Shown here piece by piece: positions 18,192 to 26,447 of a stretch of DNA of 64,000 nucleotides. This DNA comes from an archaeon (GTDB taxonomy: Archaea > Iainarchaeota > Iainarchaeia > Iainarchaeales > Iainarchaeaceae): NCBI GenBank assembly GCA_038046625.1, contig JBBSVV010000003.1:4017-68016 (forward strand), read 5' to 3'. Made by a program: the position numbers and the translations under genes. The notes under the pieces are model-generated. The model was not told the origin of the DNA, did not search any database, and worked only from the letters and a program-made list of their open reading frames with translations. Within the stretch, counting starts at the first letter, position 1, and every line of letters begins with the position of its first letter.

Positions 18192-19691
18192 ATGCTCCCA
18201 ATTGGAAAGACTTTCCTGTCCCGCATCACTTACCTTTCGGAAAAGAGGCAGGTTGTTGCGGAGTTCTCGAATTCCTCGGAAAAAATTTCCAAGCGTTACT
18301 CTTTCTTTCCCCGTATGCATTTCCCGATGGAGGGGATTTCACAGGGTTCGCTGAAGGAGGTTTTGTCGCTTTATGATTCCAGGCGCTTCAAGGTTGATTT
18401 TGAGGAAAACCGTGCCGTGATTTTTGCCGCCACGTTTTCCGACCTGAAAAAAATAAATAATTTGCTTTCGGATTCCCTGGGCTTTTCCTCGAACCTCATT
18501 GAGCCTGAGAGGCAGTTTCTCATTGACAGGGGCTGGAGCTACTTTGATTCTTTCACTTTTTCTGCGGATGAGCCGCAGAGGGTTTCATCGCTTGATTTTC
18601 CTGATGTGGCGCTCGGCTTTCTCTCCGATTCCCTGCCCATGACGATGCGTGACCTCATTTCATCCAACAGGCAGCTGGCCAGGGAAATCGCGGGCCGCGT
18701 TTCCATGTCGAGGGTACTGCGTATCCCCCTATTGTCTTCGGAAATGCACAGGGCCGCTCCGGAGGTTTTTCTGGAGAATGTTTTTTTCGCTTCAAAAATG
18801 CCTGTCCCCATTTCTCCGGAAAAAAAGCAAAGCATTCCGTTGAGGGTTCCGCATAAGACGGAAATAGATTTTTCCGCGGTTACGCCGCTGCTCTTGTGCA
18901 GGCCGTTCTCGAATGCAGGCCCGGAGACAGTGAACTGTGCCTGCTGCAGGCCGGCTTCGCTGAATGATTTCAATGTCCTTGCGGATACAATTGTGAAGGC
19001 GCGTTTTTTGCGCGAGGGCGCGTATTTCAATTCCGCGTCTTCTTTTTGGGCGGAGCAGTTCCACGTTTCAGGCCGGGACAAGGATGCCAGGTCAAGGAGG
19101 CGCGCCGAGTATAATTACCAGTTTTTTCCCGTGGGGCCTTTTTCGCGGAATGAAACGGCGGAAATTCTTTTGGCGGATGCCGTTGAGCTGCAGGGGCAGG
19201 GCATTGCCGAAATTCTCGGCGTAACGGGGTGGAGCTGGTTTTGTTCACAGAAGGAAAGCGCATTTTCAAGGGAAACGAATGCCCTGCGCGAAACCATTTC
19301 TTCCCTTGAATCTTCCCTGGATAAGGAGCATACTTCCGTTGTTGCATCAAATGGCCTGTTTTTTTCGCAGGCGCTCGAGGCGCGGCTGGATTATTTTTAT
19401 AGGAAGATTTTCCTCGAAACCGCTTCCTCGATTTTGTGTTCGGTTTCCGGCGTGCTTTCCGACAGGTCTTCGGGCTTTTTCTCCCCAAAAATAGCTGTTC
19501 TGCTGGAAGTTGCTTCTTTCCGCATCCTCAAAGGTTTTGAGGAAATATGCTCCTCGAACGGCATTGCAAGGGTTTCCACGGGACCTTCAAAAGCCTTTGT
19601 GGACTCTTCCTCGGTTACGCGCATTTTGAAGGATTTTTCCGAGGCATACAAGTTGAATAGGCCGTTTGTAAGGCTCAAAACCCGTTTTTAA
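18192..19691 (+). CDS. Degenerate family B DNA polymerase-like (PolB2-like) protein
   Basis: IDFSAVTPLLL...NAGPETVNCACC resembles motif A DFxSLYPSII...NISPETxNCxCC; no YGDTD. Confidence 0.5.
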   Translation: MLPIGKTFLSRITYLSEKRQVVAEFSNSSEKISKRYSFFPRMHFPMEGISQGSLKEVLSLYDSRRFKVDFEENRAVIFAATFSDLKKINNLLSDSLGFSSNLIEPERQFLIDRGWSYFDSFTFSADEPQRVSSLDFPDVALGFLSDSLPMTMRDLISSNRQLAREIAGRVSMSRVLRIPLLSSEMHRAAPEVFLENVFFASKMPVPISPEKKQSIPLRVPHKTEIDFSAVTPLLLCRPFSNAGPETVNCACCRPASLNDFNVLADTIVKARFLREGAYFNSASSFWAEQFHVSGRDKDARSRRRAEYNYQFFPVGPFSRNETAEILLADAVELQGQGIAEILGVTGWSWFCSQKESAFSRETNALRETISSLESSLDKEHTSVVASNGLFFSQALEARLDYFYRKIFLETASSILCSVSGVLSDRSSGFFSPKIAVLLEVASFRILKGFEEICSSNGIARVSTGPSKAFVDSSSVTRILKDFSEAYKLNRPFVRLKTRF

Positions 19692-19754
19692 CAACCCTTT
19701 CGCGCCGGAAACCGCCGGCGGTAGGGCGACTATCTTCGCTTTGCTCGATAGTAA
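19692..19754 (+). repeat. Family A structured element
   Basis: CAACCCTTTCG CGCCGGAAACCGCCGGCGGTA GGGCGA CTATCTTCGC ttt GCTCGATAGTAA directly after stop codon. Confidence 0.85.
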
Positions 19755-19836
19755 GGTATTACGCTCGGAACTACCTTTTTTAATTCTTTGCGTAGGAGTA
19801 TTGGTAGATTAATAACTCGTTTTTTGAGTGTTTTTG

Positions 19837-20043
19837 ATGGCTAAATTAACCCGTTTTGAAGTGACGCGCCTGATTAGTGCGAGGGCTTTGCAGCTTTCCT
19901 TGGGGGCGCCGGCACTCTCTAAATCAGAAAAAGAAGGGACCCCGATTGATATGGCGCGCGATGAGTTCGCGAAGAAGGTAATTCCTCTCGCGGTTTTGAG
20001 GGAGTTTCCCGACGGGCACGTTGAAAGGGTTGAGGTGAACTGA
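19837..20043 (+). CDS. rpoK: RNA polymerase subunit Rpo6 (K)
   Basis: LTRFEVTRLISARALQLSLGAP motif. Confidence 0.93.
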   Translation: MAKLTRFEVTRLISARALQLSLGAPALSKSEKEGTPIDMARDEFAKKVIPLAVLREFPDGHVERVEVN

Positions 20044-20238
20044 ATGGGCAAGGCCGTTCCGAAGAACATCAAGAGCAAGGCCAACACCTTGATGAGCACT
20101 TACCCTGACAAGGTTTCAAAGGATTTTGAGGCCAACAAGGTTTTCATTGATTCTTTCAAGATGCCTTTGAGCAAGGAGGAGCGCAATTTGGTTGCGGGCT
20201 TCATTGCGAGGACGAAAGCCAAGGCGTCAAGCGCCTGA
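20044..20238 (+). CDS. rps17e: 30S ribosomal protein S17e
   Basis: MGK...DFEANK...SK..RNLVAGFI motif. Confidence 0.9.
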   Translation: MGKAVPKNIKSKANTLMSTYPDKVSKDFEANKVFIDSFKMPLSKEERNLVAGFIARTKAKASSA

Positions 20239-22272
20239 GATTTTTGTTGTCCCGTCATTTTCTTTTTCCCTTTCAAGCACGTAAAGCTTTCCTGATGCCG
20301 CATTCTCCATTTCCTTGTCATGCGTGATAATGAATATCTGCTCAATGAGTTCGGGCAGATGGTTGCGCATCATTTCGCTTAACTCGTGCACGGCATTCGA
20401 ATCCAAATTATGAGTGGGCTCATCCAGCATTATCCATCCAAGGTTCTGCGTGAGGACCAGAGAAACCGCTATCCGGATTGTTATGGCCGCGGCAGTCCTT
20501 TCACCTCCGGAAAGTATTCCCTCGACGCGTATCCACTCGCCGTTCCTTTGCCTCGCCATTATTTCGTAGCTGCCTTCATCCACAATTATTTTTGCGCTTG
20601 TTAAGTCCTTGTAAGGATAAACTTTTTCCCAGATTTCGTCCATTGCGTCGTTTATCGTTTCTATCATTGCGTTCCTCAGTTCGGCCTGTGTCGCTTTTAG
20701 CGCCTGCGTGAAGAGCGCGAGTTTTTCAACCGCGGTTTCGTTTGCCTTTATTGTTTTTTCGAGTTCTTTTGCCTGTTCAATGCCGCGCTTCATCATTTCC
20801 GCATTGTCGCGCATCTGCTTCAGAAGTTCTGAAGCAGCGCTTATTTCCGAGCTTGCTTTTGCCTTTTTTTCCCTGAGCAAAGCCATTTCTTCCCTTTGCC
20901 TGGCCATTTCCTTTTCGTCAAACCCTGTTTTGCGGATCATTTCCAGTGTTTGTTTGAGTTCCTTTTCGAGCGCGCTTTTCTGCTTTTCCTTTGCCTCCGC
21001 CTCTTTCGCGGCCTCGAAGATTTTTTTTGTTTCCTCGAGCTCCTGCTCGGTTTTCTTTTTGGCTTTTTTGTGCGCGTCTTTTTCCTTTTCGCGTTCCTCG
21101 AGCTCCTTTTCGTTCCTTTCGGTCTCTTCCTGAATTTCCCTTATTTTTGCGGTTATTTCGCGCTTTTGCCCCTCTAGCTCCTTTTCCAGCTTTTTCTTGT
21201 CATGCTCTTCCAGCGGCCTTTTGCACACGGGGCACTCGCTTCCCAGTTTTCCAGTTTCCTTTGCTGCCCTTGCGTTGGATTCGAGCAGGTTTTTTTGGAC
21301 CGCGAGCCTCTGCCTTGCCTTGGAAATTTTTTCCATTGTTTCTTTCGCGTTTTTTTCCGCCTTCAGGATTTTTTCCTCAATTTCCGAGTTTTCCTTCTGC
21401 TTTTCGCGCAACTCCTTCTCGGTTGCCTTTTTTTCCCCGATTTGTTTTCCAATCCTTTGGATGTCCTCTTTCAGTGCTTCCGTTCTGGATTTCGTTTTTA
21501 TTTCGAGTTCTTTAAGGAGGCGGTGTTCTCTTTCCTTTTTTTCCTGCTCCCCGAATTTTTCATCCTTTTGCTTCAGCTGCTTTTCGGTTTCCCCGAGCGC
21601 AACTTTTTTTTCCATGGCTTCTTTTTCCTTTTCCCGGATTTTTGTCTCGCGTTCCGCGAGCTCCTTTTCCGTGTCGCGCTTTTTGTGTTCCATGAGGAGG
21701 CTTTTCCTGTCTTCCGCCATTTTTTTTATCCGGTTTGCCAAAGTAACCGCGTTGGTGCGAACTTTTTCATAGCGGTCCAGGCCGAGCAGTTCATCGAATT
21801 TTTCCTTTCTTTGCGCGGGGCTCAGCTTCAGGAAGAAGTCTATTTGGTTTTGTTCGGAGTATATTGCGCGGCTGAACAAATCGTAGTTCACTTCGAGTAT
21901 TTCCTCTATTTTTTTGGTCACTTCGCTTGTTTTTGGCCCGGCAATTGTTTTGCCGTTTTCCTTTAGGCTTGCCTCGTTGATGCCGTTCCTTTTCAGCGTC
22001 CTTTCCACAAAGTATTCTTTTTTGTTGTAGTCGAACTCCATTTTCACTACGCTTTTTTCCGCCCTGAACGGCTTTGCCATTATTGTTTCGTCGAGGCTGA
22101 CCTTGCGCGCGTTAAGGCTCGGGAAGGTGCCGTAAAGTGCGAAGCATATGGCGTCTGTTACCGAGCTTTTTCCCGCGCCCATTTTTCCCACTATGACGTT
22201 CGTTCCCTTCACGAATTCCAAGTGGTTTTGGTGGTGGGTTTTCCAGTTCTCGAGGTAAATGCTTTTTATCAT
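20227..22272 (-). CDS. rad50: Rad50/SMC-family ATPase with zinc hook
   Basis: GKMGAGKSS, Q-loop EQ, coiled coil with CPVC, LSGGE, LDEPTHNLD, ITH. Confidence 0.9.
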   Translation of the reverse strand: MIKSIYLENWKTHHQNHLEFVKGTNVIVGKMGAGKSSVTDAICFALYGTFPSLNARKVSLDETIMAKPFRAEKSVVKMEFDYNKKEYFVERTLKRNGINEASLKENGKTIAGPKTSEVTKKIEEILEVNYDLFSRAIYSEQNQIDFFLKLSPAQRKEKFDELLGLDRYEKVRTNAVTLANRIKKMAEDRKSLLMEHKKRDTEKELAERETKIREKEKEAMEKKVALGETEKQLKQKDEKFGEQEKKEREHRLLKELEIKTKSRTEALKEDIQRIGKQIGEKKATEKELREKQKENSEIEEKILKAEKNAKETMEKISKARQRLAVQKNLLESNARAAKETGKLGSECPVCKRPLEEHDKKKLEKELEGQKREITAKIREIQEETERNEKELEEREKEKDAHKKAKKKTEQELEETKKIFEAAKEAEAKEKQKSALEKELKQTLEMIRKTGFDEKEMARQREEMALLREKKAKASSEISAASELLKQMRDNAEMMKRGIEQAKELEKTIKANETAVEKLALFTQALKATQAELRNAMIETINDAMDEIWEKVYPYKDLTSAKIIVDEGSYEIMARQRNGEWIRVEGILSGGERTAAAITIRIAVSLVLTQNLGWIMLDEPTHNLDSNAVHELSEMMRNHLPELIEQIFIITHDKEMENAASGKLYVLEREKENDGTTKISGA

Positions 22273-22330
22273 GCGAAAGAATTAGGTCTGGAAAAAGTTA
22301 AAATGGGAGTCTTGTGCCTTTTTGGGATTT

Positions 22331-22429
22331 ATAGCAGGCCAATAAAATATTTTGGCGATATTTTTGGTCTGCTATCTAGCACCTGGCAGAGCAAAGCTCT
22401 GCCGGGCCTCGTACCCTACGGGTAGAAGG
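22331..22429 (-). repeat. Double-hairpin module shared with 34271 and 58070
   Basis: Minus strand CCTTCTACCCGTAGGGTACGAGGCC CGGCAGAGC ttt GCTCTGCCAGGT, plus adjacent ATAGCAGGCCAA...TTGGTCTGCTAT hairpin. Confidence 0.8.
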
Positions 22430-22471
22430 AACCACATTAAAATGCCGAAAACTTTCGTGGTTTGCTATAAA

Positions 22472-22735
22472 TCAGAGCAGCGTCATACCCTCTATTTCCG
22501 CGTCCTCTACTTCTTTTAGTTTTTTCACTTCTTCAAGAACGCGGTCAATTGCCTTCTCGTCTTTCGAGTTAACCAGTATGCCGGCTTTTATTACTTCGAC
22601 GCCGAAGCCTATTGGTTCGCGTTTCACGTCCTTTACTTCGCCGCTTTTTATGCCCTTTACTGCCTTTACCGTTGCGTCAAGTTTTTCCAGGTCTTTGGCG
22701 TTTATTTTGAGAATTAGAAGCGTTTTGTCCGGCAT
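22472..22735 (-). CDS. ef1b: Translation elongation factor 1-beta
   Basis: REPIGFG motif, size, position next to DUF1610 gene. Confidence 0.85.
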   Translation of the reverse strand: MPDKTLLILKINAKDLEKLDATVKAVKGIKSGEVKDVKREPIGFGVEVIKAGILVNSKDEKAIDRVLEEVKKLKEVEDAEIEGMTLL

Positions 22736-22762
22736 CTTATCACGGGCTCAAATTAGGGCTGC

Positions 22763-22918
22763 TTACGGGCCTTCGAATCCGCATTCTTTGCACTTGTATA
22801 CGAGGCTTCTTTTGCGCGCATCCAAGCTGCGGTCTATTTTTGTGCCGCATCCAGGGCACTTGAACTCAATGAAATCGTCCGTGAGAATTTTGTTGGTTGT
22901 AATGCATGTTTTTATCAT
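22763..22918 (-). CDS. Zn-ribbon protein DUF1610 (HVO_2753-like), not in ORF track
   Basis: MIKTC...FKCPGCG..I.RS...Y KCKECGFEGP*; conserved neighbour of ef1b. Confidence 0.88.
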   Translation of the reverse strand: MIKTCITTNKILTDDFIEFKCPGCGTKIDRSLDARKRSLVYKCKECGFEGP

Positions 22919-22995
22919 TGAAAAAACCTTATTTTTAGCGGCATTATTTGTCTAGTATTCTCTATTGAGTTACCTTTAAAAAGGTTGATTTCAGC

Positions 22996-23045
22996 CTTTT
23001 TCTTTCTTGCGAGAAAGAAAAACGCTGGCGAAAAAGAAAGAGACG
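22996..23045 (+). repeat. Family B inverted repeat
   Basis: CCTTTTTCTTTCT-tgcg-AGAAAGAAAAACGCTGGCGAAAAAGAAAGAG. Confidence 0.75.
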
Positions 23046-23103
23046 GGGCATATTTTTGGCCATAGAACCTTTAATTAAGTGTTTTTCACCCATTTTTTTG
23101 CAC

Positions 23104-23139
23104 GGGCCCGTAGCTCAGCCAGGATAGCGCCCACCTCCG
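23104..23139 (+). pseudogene. Orphan 5' half of a tRNA-Arg
   Basis: GGGCCCG TA GCT CAGCCAGGAT AGC G CCCAC CT CCG; TTTAATTA box about 30 nt upstream; no adjoining 3' half. Confidence 0.8.
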
Positions 23140-23282
23140 CAATCGAATTTTTTCCTAAGACTCGGATTTTCTCGGCTTAAACCTTTGCACACTTCAACCC
23201 CTGCTTTTGGTGCAAAGGGTTTAATGCCTCCAAAACCCGCAAGACGTCTTTCGGAAAAAATTTCATCATTTAGCGGAGGTGG
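23131..23282 (+). other. Long nested hairpin covering the SD of the downstream ORF
   Basis: CCACCTCCGC..GAATTTTTTCC..AAGAC pairs with GTCTT..GGAAAAAATTTC..GCGGAGGTGG; inner TAAACCTTTGCAC/GTGCAAAGGGTTTA. Confidence 0.75.
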
Positions 23283-23286
23283 TCAA

Positions 23287-23400
23287 ATGGTCGAAATTCC
23301 GATTCCAAACAAAGAAGAAATAGATTTAGCAGTAGAGGCTGAAGAGTTGACGGACAGGGAACTGTGGATTCTTAGCAAGTTTGGAGGTGATTTTGAATGA
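23287..23400 (+). CDS. Small acidic leader ORF (37 aa) coupled to LAGLIDADG gene
   Basis: GGAGGTGG SD, MVEIPIPNKEE...FGGDFE*, ATGA overlap. Confidence 0.55.
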   Translation: MVEIPIPNKEEIDLAVEAEELTDRELWILSKFGGDFE

Positions 23401-24236
23401 ATCTCGCATCGGCAATCAGCCCTCTAAAATTGTATAATAATGCTTCAGAAGTACCTGCCATTATGGGCTTTGATTTTTCGTCAGATTTGGCCGAGGTTTG
23501 CGGCATCCATGCGGGCGACGGATACCTTCGTAATGACGGAAAAAGAAGGGAGCTAGACATCAGCGGCGGCATTGATGAAAAGGAATATTATGATTCGCAT
23601 GTCGTGCCTCTTTTTGAACGAGTTTTTGGAATAAATATTACTCCAAAATTTTTTCCAAAACGTCATACTTACGGTTTTGTAATTCGCGACAGAAACATTG
23701 TTGAGTTTATGCACTCGCTTGGGTTTCCTTATGGGGCAAAAACTTTCACAGTTTCAGTTCCTGAATTTGTTTCCAATTCCAAAAATTTGGATATACTATA
23801 TAGTTTCATTAGGGGCGCTTTTGACACAGATGGTTGCCTAGCTTTTCAAAAGAAAGTGGGAAGCGGCTATAAAAGTGAAGTAAAGAGGAAGCACTCCTTT
23901 CCTGTAGTTCAGATAAGTATCTGCTCTAAACCATTTTGTGATGGGCTGTGTTCACTTTTCAGGAAAACCGGTTTTAACTGCAAAGTTGTCATGCAGAAAC
24001 CTACTTATGACTATCAACACGTGAAATATGCCTTGTATTTGAGGGGTTATTCTAATCTTAAAAGTTGGATGCGCAACATTGGGTTCAAAAATACTTCAAA
24101 ACTATCGCGCTATGAGGTTTGGGAGAAATTCGGTTTTTGTCCTACTAACATTTCTTTTGAGCAGAGAAAACAAATATTAAATAATGAACTTGACCCCAAT
24201 TCCTTCTATAAGCATGGGCTCGTCGCTAACGGATAA
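23397..24236 (+). CDS. Free-standing double-motif LAGLIDADG homing endonuclease
   Basis: LAEVCGIHAGDG and FIRGAFDTDG; AT-rich; stop codon inside tRNA-Arg D-loop. Confidence 0.9.
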   Translation: MNLASAISPLKLYNNASEVPAIMGFDFSSDLAEVCGIHAGDGYLRNDGKRRELDISGGIDEKEYYDSHVVPLFERVFGINITPKFFPKRHTYGFVIRDRNIVEFMHSLGFPYGAKTFTVSVPEFVSNSKNLDILYSFIRGAFDTDGCLAFQKKVGSGYKSEVKRKHSFPVVQISICSKPFCDGLCSLFRKTGFNCKVVMQKPTYDYQHVKYALYLRGYSNLKSWMRNIGFKNTSKLSRYEVWEKFGFCPTNISFEQRKQILNNELDPNSFYKHGLVANG

Positions 24237-24286
24237 GCACCCCGCCTTCGAAGCGGGCGATGAGGGTTCGAATCCCTCCGAGCCCG
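24216..24286 (+). tRNA. tRNA-Arg(TCG)
   Basis: GGGCTCG TC GCTAACGGATAAGC AC CCCGC CT TCG AA GCGGG CGAT GAGGG TTCGAAT CCCTC CGAGCCC G; slightly non-canonical D-arm. Confidence 0.88.
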
Positions 24287-24461
24287 CTGCACTTTCACGC
24301 AGAATCCTTGATTCTGCTGAAACCTGCACTAAAAAGAAAGAGTGCCGGAAAAAGAAAAGACCCCTGTTTCTGGCTCGGCAAGCCGTGCTTGGCCGGTTTC
24401 AATGTGGCCAGGGCTCGCTTTCTTTTAGGCAAGGAATTAATACTCGCAAGTAGTTGTATTT

Positions 24462-24947
24462 TTGATGAAGCCAAAAATATTGCCGCGTGCAAGAAAGTTT
24501 TTGAAAAGGCATAAAGGGAAACTAATTATCCCAGTTGGCCTTGGTATTGCGGTTGCGTCCGCTTCTTTTGGCCCGAAGTTAATTGAGCGCGGTGCAGATT
24601 ACTTGAACGCGCGCAAGGCGGATGCGATGAGGCAACACAGGCTTGACCTTACCGTTGAGCGGGGGAGGTTTGTTAATGAATTTTTTTCAAAGACCGGCGC
24701 TGTTCCTGAATCGAGAGAAGATTGCAATGCCCTCTGGGCATATTATTACAATAAAAGCCCCGCCCTGAAAGGCCTTTGGGAGCCAATTCTCAAAAAAACA
24801 AGGGAGGAAAAGCTCCGTGACCGCGTTTTTGTGCAGGAGTTCGGGGATGCAGGCCTGGAGTTTGAATTGGCGGTTGTGAGGGAAGCGCAACCGGAATTTT
24901 TTAAAAAGGCGCTTGCTTTGGACAAAGGCGCAGCGAAAAAGAAATGA
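24462..24947 (+). CDS. Hypothetical protein with N-terminal TM
   Basis: 161-aa ORF, basic N-terminus then hydrophobic stretch. Confidence 0.55.
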   Translation: MMKPKILPRARKFLKRHKGKLIIPVGLGIAVASASFGPKLIERGADYLNARKADAMRQHRLDLTVERGRFVNEFFSKTGAVPESREDCNALWAYYYNKSPALKGLWEPILKKTREEKLRDRVFVQEFGDAGLEFELAVVREAQPEFFKKALALDKGAAKKK

Positions 24948-24990
24948 ACAACCCAAAACAATCCACTGCCTTTAGGCGTGGGTAATTCAC
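24945..24990 (+). repeat. 46-bp repeat resembling an IS200/IS605 right end
   Basis: 39/46 identical to 63354-63399; GCCTTTAGGC hairpin and TTCAC terminus. Confidence 0.7.
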
Positions 24991-25003
24991 TTTTATTGCA
25001 TGT

Positions 25004-26392
25004 TCAGTAATCCAAAAATTCTTCTTTTCCTTTCAAGTACGCAGTAAGGAACTGCTGGAAACCCTTGTTCTTTTTGTAAAGCGCGGCGATTTCCTTTTCG
25101 CTCATTATTTTCGCGTTTTTTCCGAGTGCTTTTCCCATCGCTTCTTTCTCGGCCCCCCTGAGTTTTTTCAGGAGCTGCGAAAGGAATGCCTTGAGTTCCG
25201 TGTGTTTGCGCTGCACTTCGATTATCCAGCGCCCTTTCTCTATGCGCGGCCCCGCGAGCATTTGTTTGTGTGCGGAGAGGAACGCTTCGGAATTTTTTTC
25301 GTCGAACGCTTCAGGCCCGATTTTTACTTCTGCTTTCTGGAGCTCCGTTGATTCCACCTCGAATAGAATAACCATTTGCTTTTCCTTTTCCAGCCACTCG
25401 GAACTTCGCTTCACTTGGAACCCCCCGAGTTCGGAGAATGTCCTGATTTTGTGCGAGAATCTCCTCAATTGCCCCCACATGATGTCCTCAATAACCCCTT
25501 TCGGATAGGATAGCGAGATTGCAATTAGCTCGGTTTTTTTCAGGAATTGCTTTAGTTTTGCCTGGCTCCATGCAGAGTGTTTTTTCGGGAAGAAAAAATT
25601 GATTGAGGGCTTTTTCATGAATGCTCTTGATGCCGCTATGAAGCGTGCGTACTGGTTTAATGAAAGTGCCGCGGCAACATTCCTGTTCCTGTCCACTGGA
25701 TCAACCACTGTAAAATGCCAGCCGAATTTTTTTTGGGCATCCCCTTTCGCATAATAGTTTTCGATGTCAATTGCTTCGCCATTTTTCCAGTGCGCCGCCG
25801 CTTCAAGTGCTTTTGCGAATGACCCGTATTTCAGCACAAGCAGTTCAGCAACGTAACCCGGGAAGCTGTTCGAGCTCAAATCGGCTCCGTAGCACTTTAT
25901 TCCTTTCATGAATTGCTTCAGCAGGCGCGCCTCTCCTCTATGGCGCTCCTCCATTTTTTTTACCAGGTAATTGTTGTGCAATACGCTTCTGTCTACTGCG
26001 CTCTGCATCAGCGATGAATCGGCAATGTTGTATGATGGCACAATTTCCACCCTGAAGCCGTTTATTTCTCCGCGTATGTAGGGGTGTTCTGAATATGCCT
26101 TTTCCCACGTGTGCCCCCTGAAAACGGCTTTTCCTATGCGCAGGCCTTCTTCCTCGAATTCTTTGCGCGGAAGCTCTTTCGGGTAGAGGACAAATATGTC
26201 AAGGTCCCGGTCATTCCTCAAATGCGTATTGCGTGCAATGCTGCCGACAATTTCGACTTTTTCGTGGCTGCCCTTCATTGCCATTATTTGTGCCGCGATT
26301 TTTTGGGCCAGTTTTTTTTCTTTTGCCAGTTCCTGCTTTGCAGGGGTGATTTTTTTGAGGGTTTTGGCAAGAATCTGCTGCAACGGAATCAC
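25004..26392 (-). CDS. cca: Archaeal class I CCA-adding enzyme
   Basis: VGSIARNTHL..DRDLDIF, YSEHPY, SAVDRS, DPVDRNRNVAAA. Confidence 0.95.
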   Translation of the reverse strand: MIPLQQILAKTLKKITPAKQELAKEKKLAQKIAAQIMAMKGSHEKVEIVGSIARNTHLRNDRDLDIFVLYPKELPRKEFEEEGLRIGKAVFRGHTWEKAYSEHPYIRGEINGFRVEIVPSYNIADSSLMQSAVDRSVLHNNYLVKKMEERHRGEARLLKQFMKGIKCYGADLSSNSFPGYVAELLVLKYGSFAKALEAAAHWKNGEAIDIENYYAKGDAQKKFGWHFTVVDPVDRNRNVAAALSLNQYARFIAASRAFMKKPSINFFFPKKHSAWSQAKLKQFLKKTELIAISLSYPKGVIEDIMWGQLRRFSHKIRTFSELGGFQVKRSSEWLEKEKQMVILFEVESTELQKAEVKIGPEAFDEKNSEAFLSAHKQMLAGPRIEKGRWIIEVQRKHTELKAFLSQLLKKLRGAEKEAMGKALGKNAKIMSEKEIAALYKKNKGFQQFLTAYLKGKEEFLDY

Positions 26393-26447
26393 CAGTTTTA
26401 TATACTAATAATTCTTACTATAAATACATTGTTTTTCTGGTGGTTGG

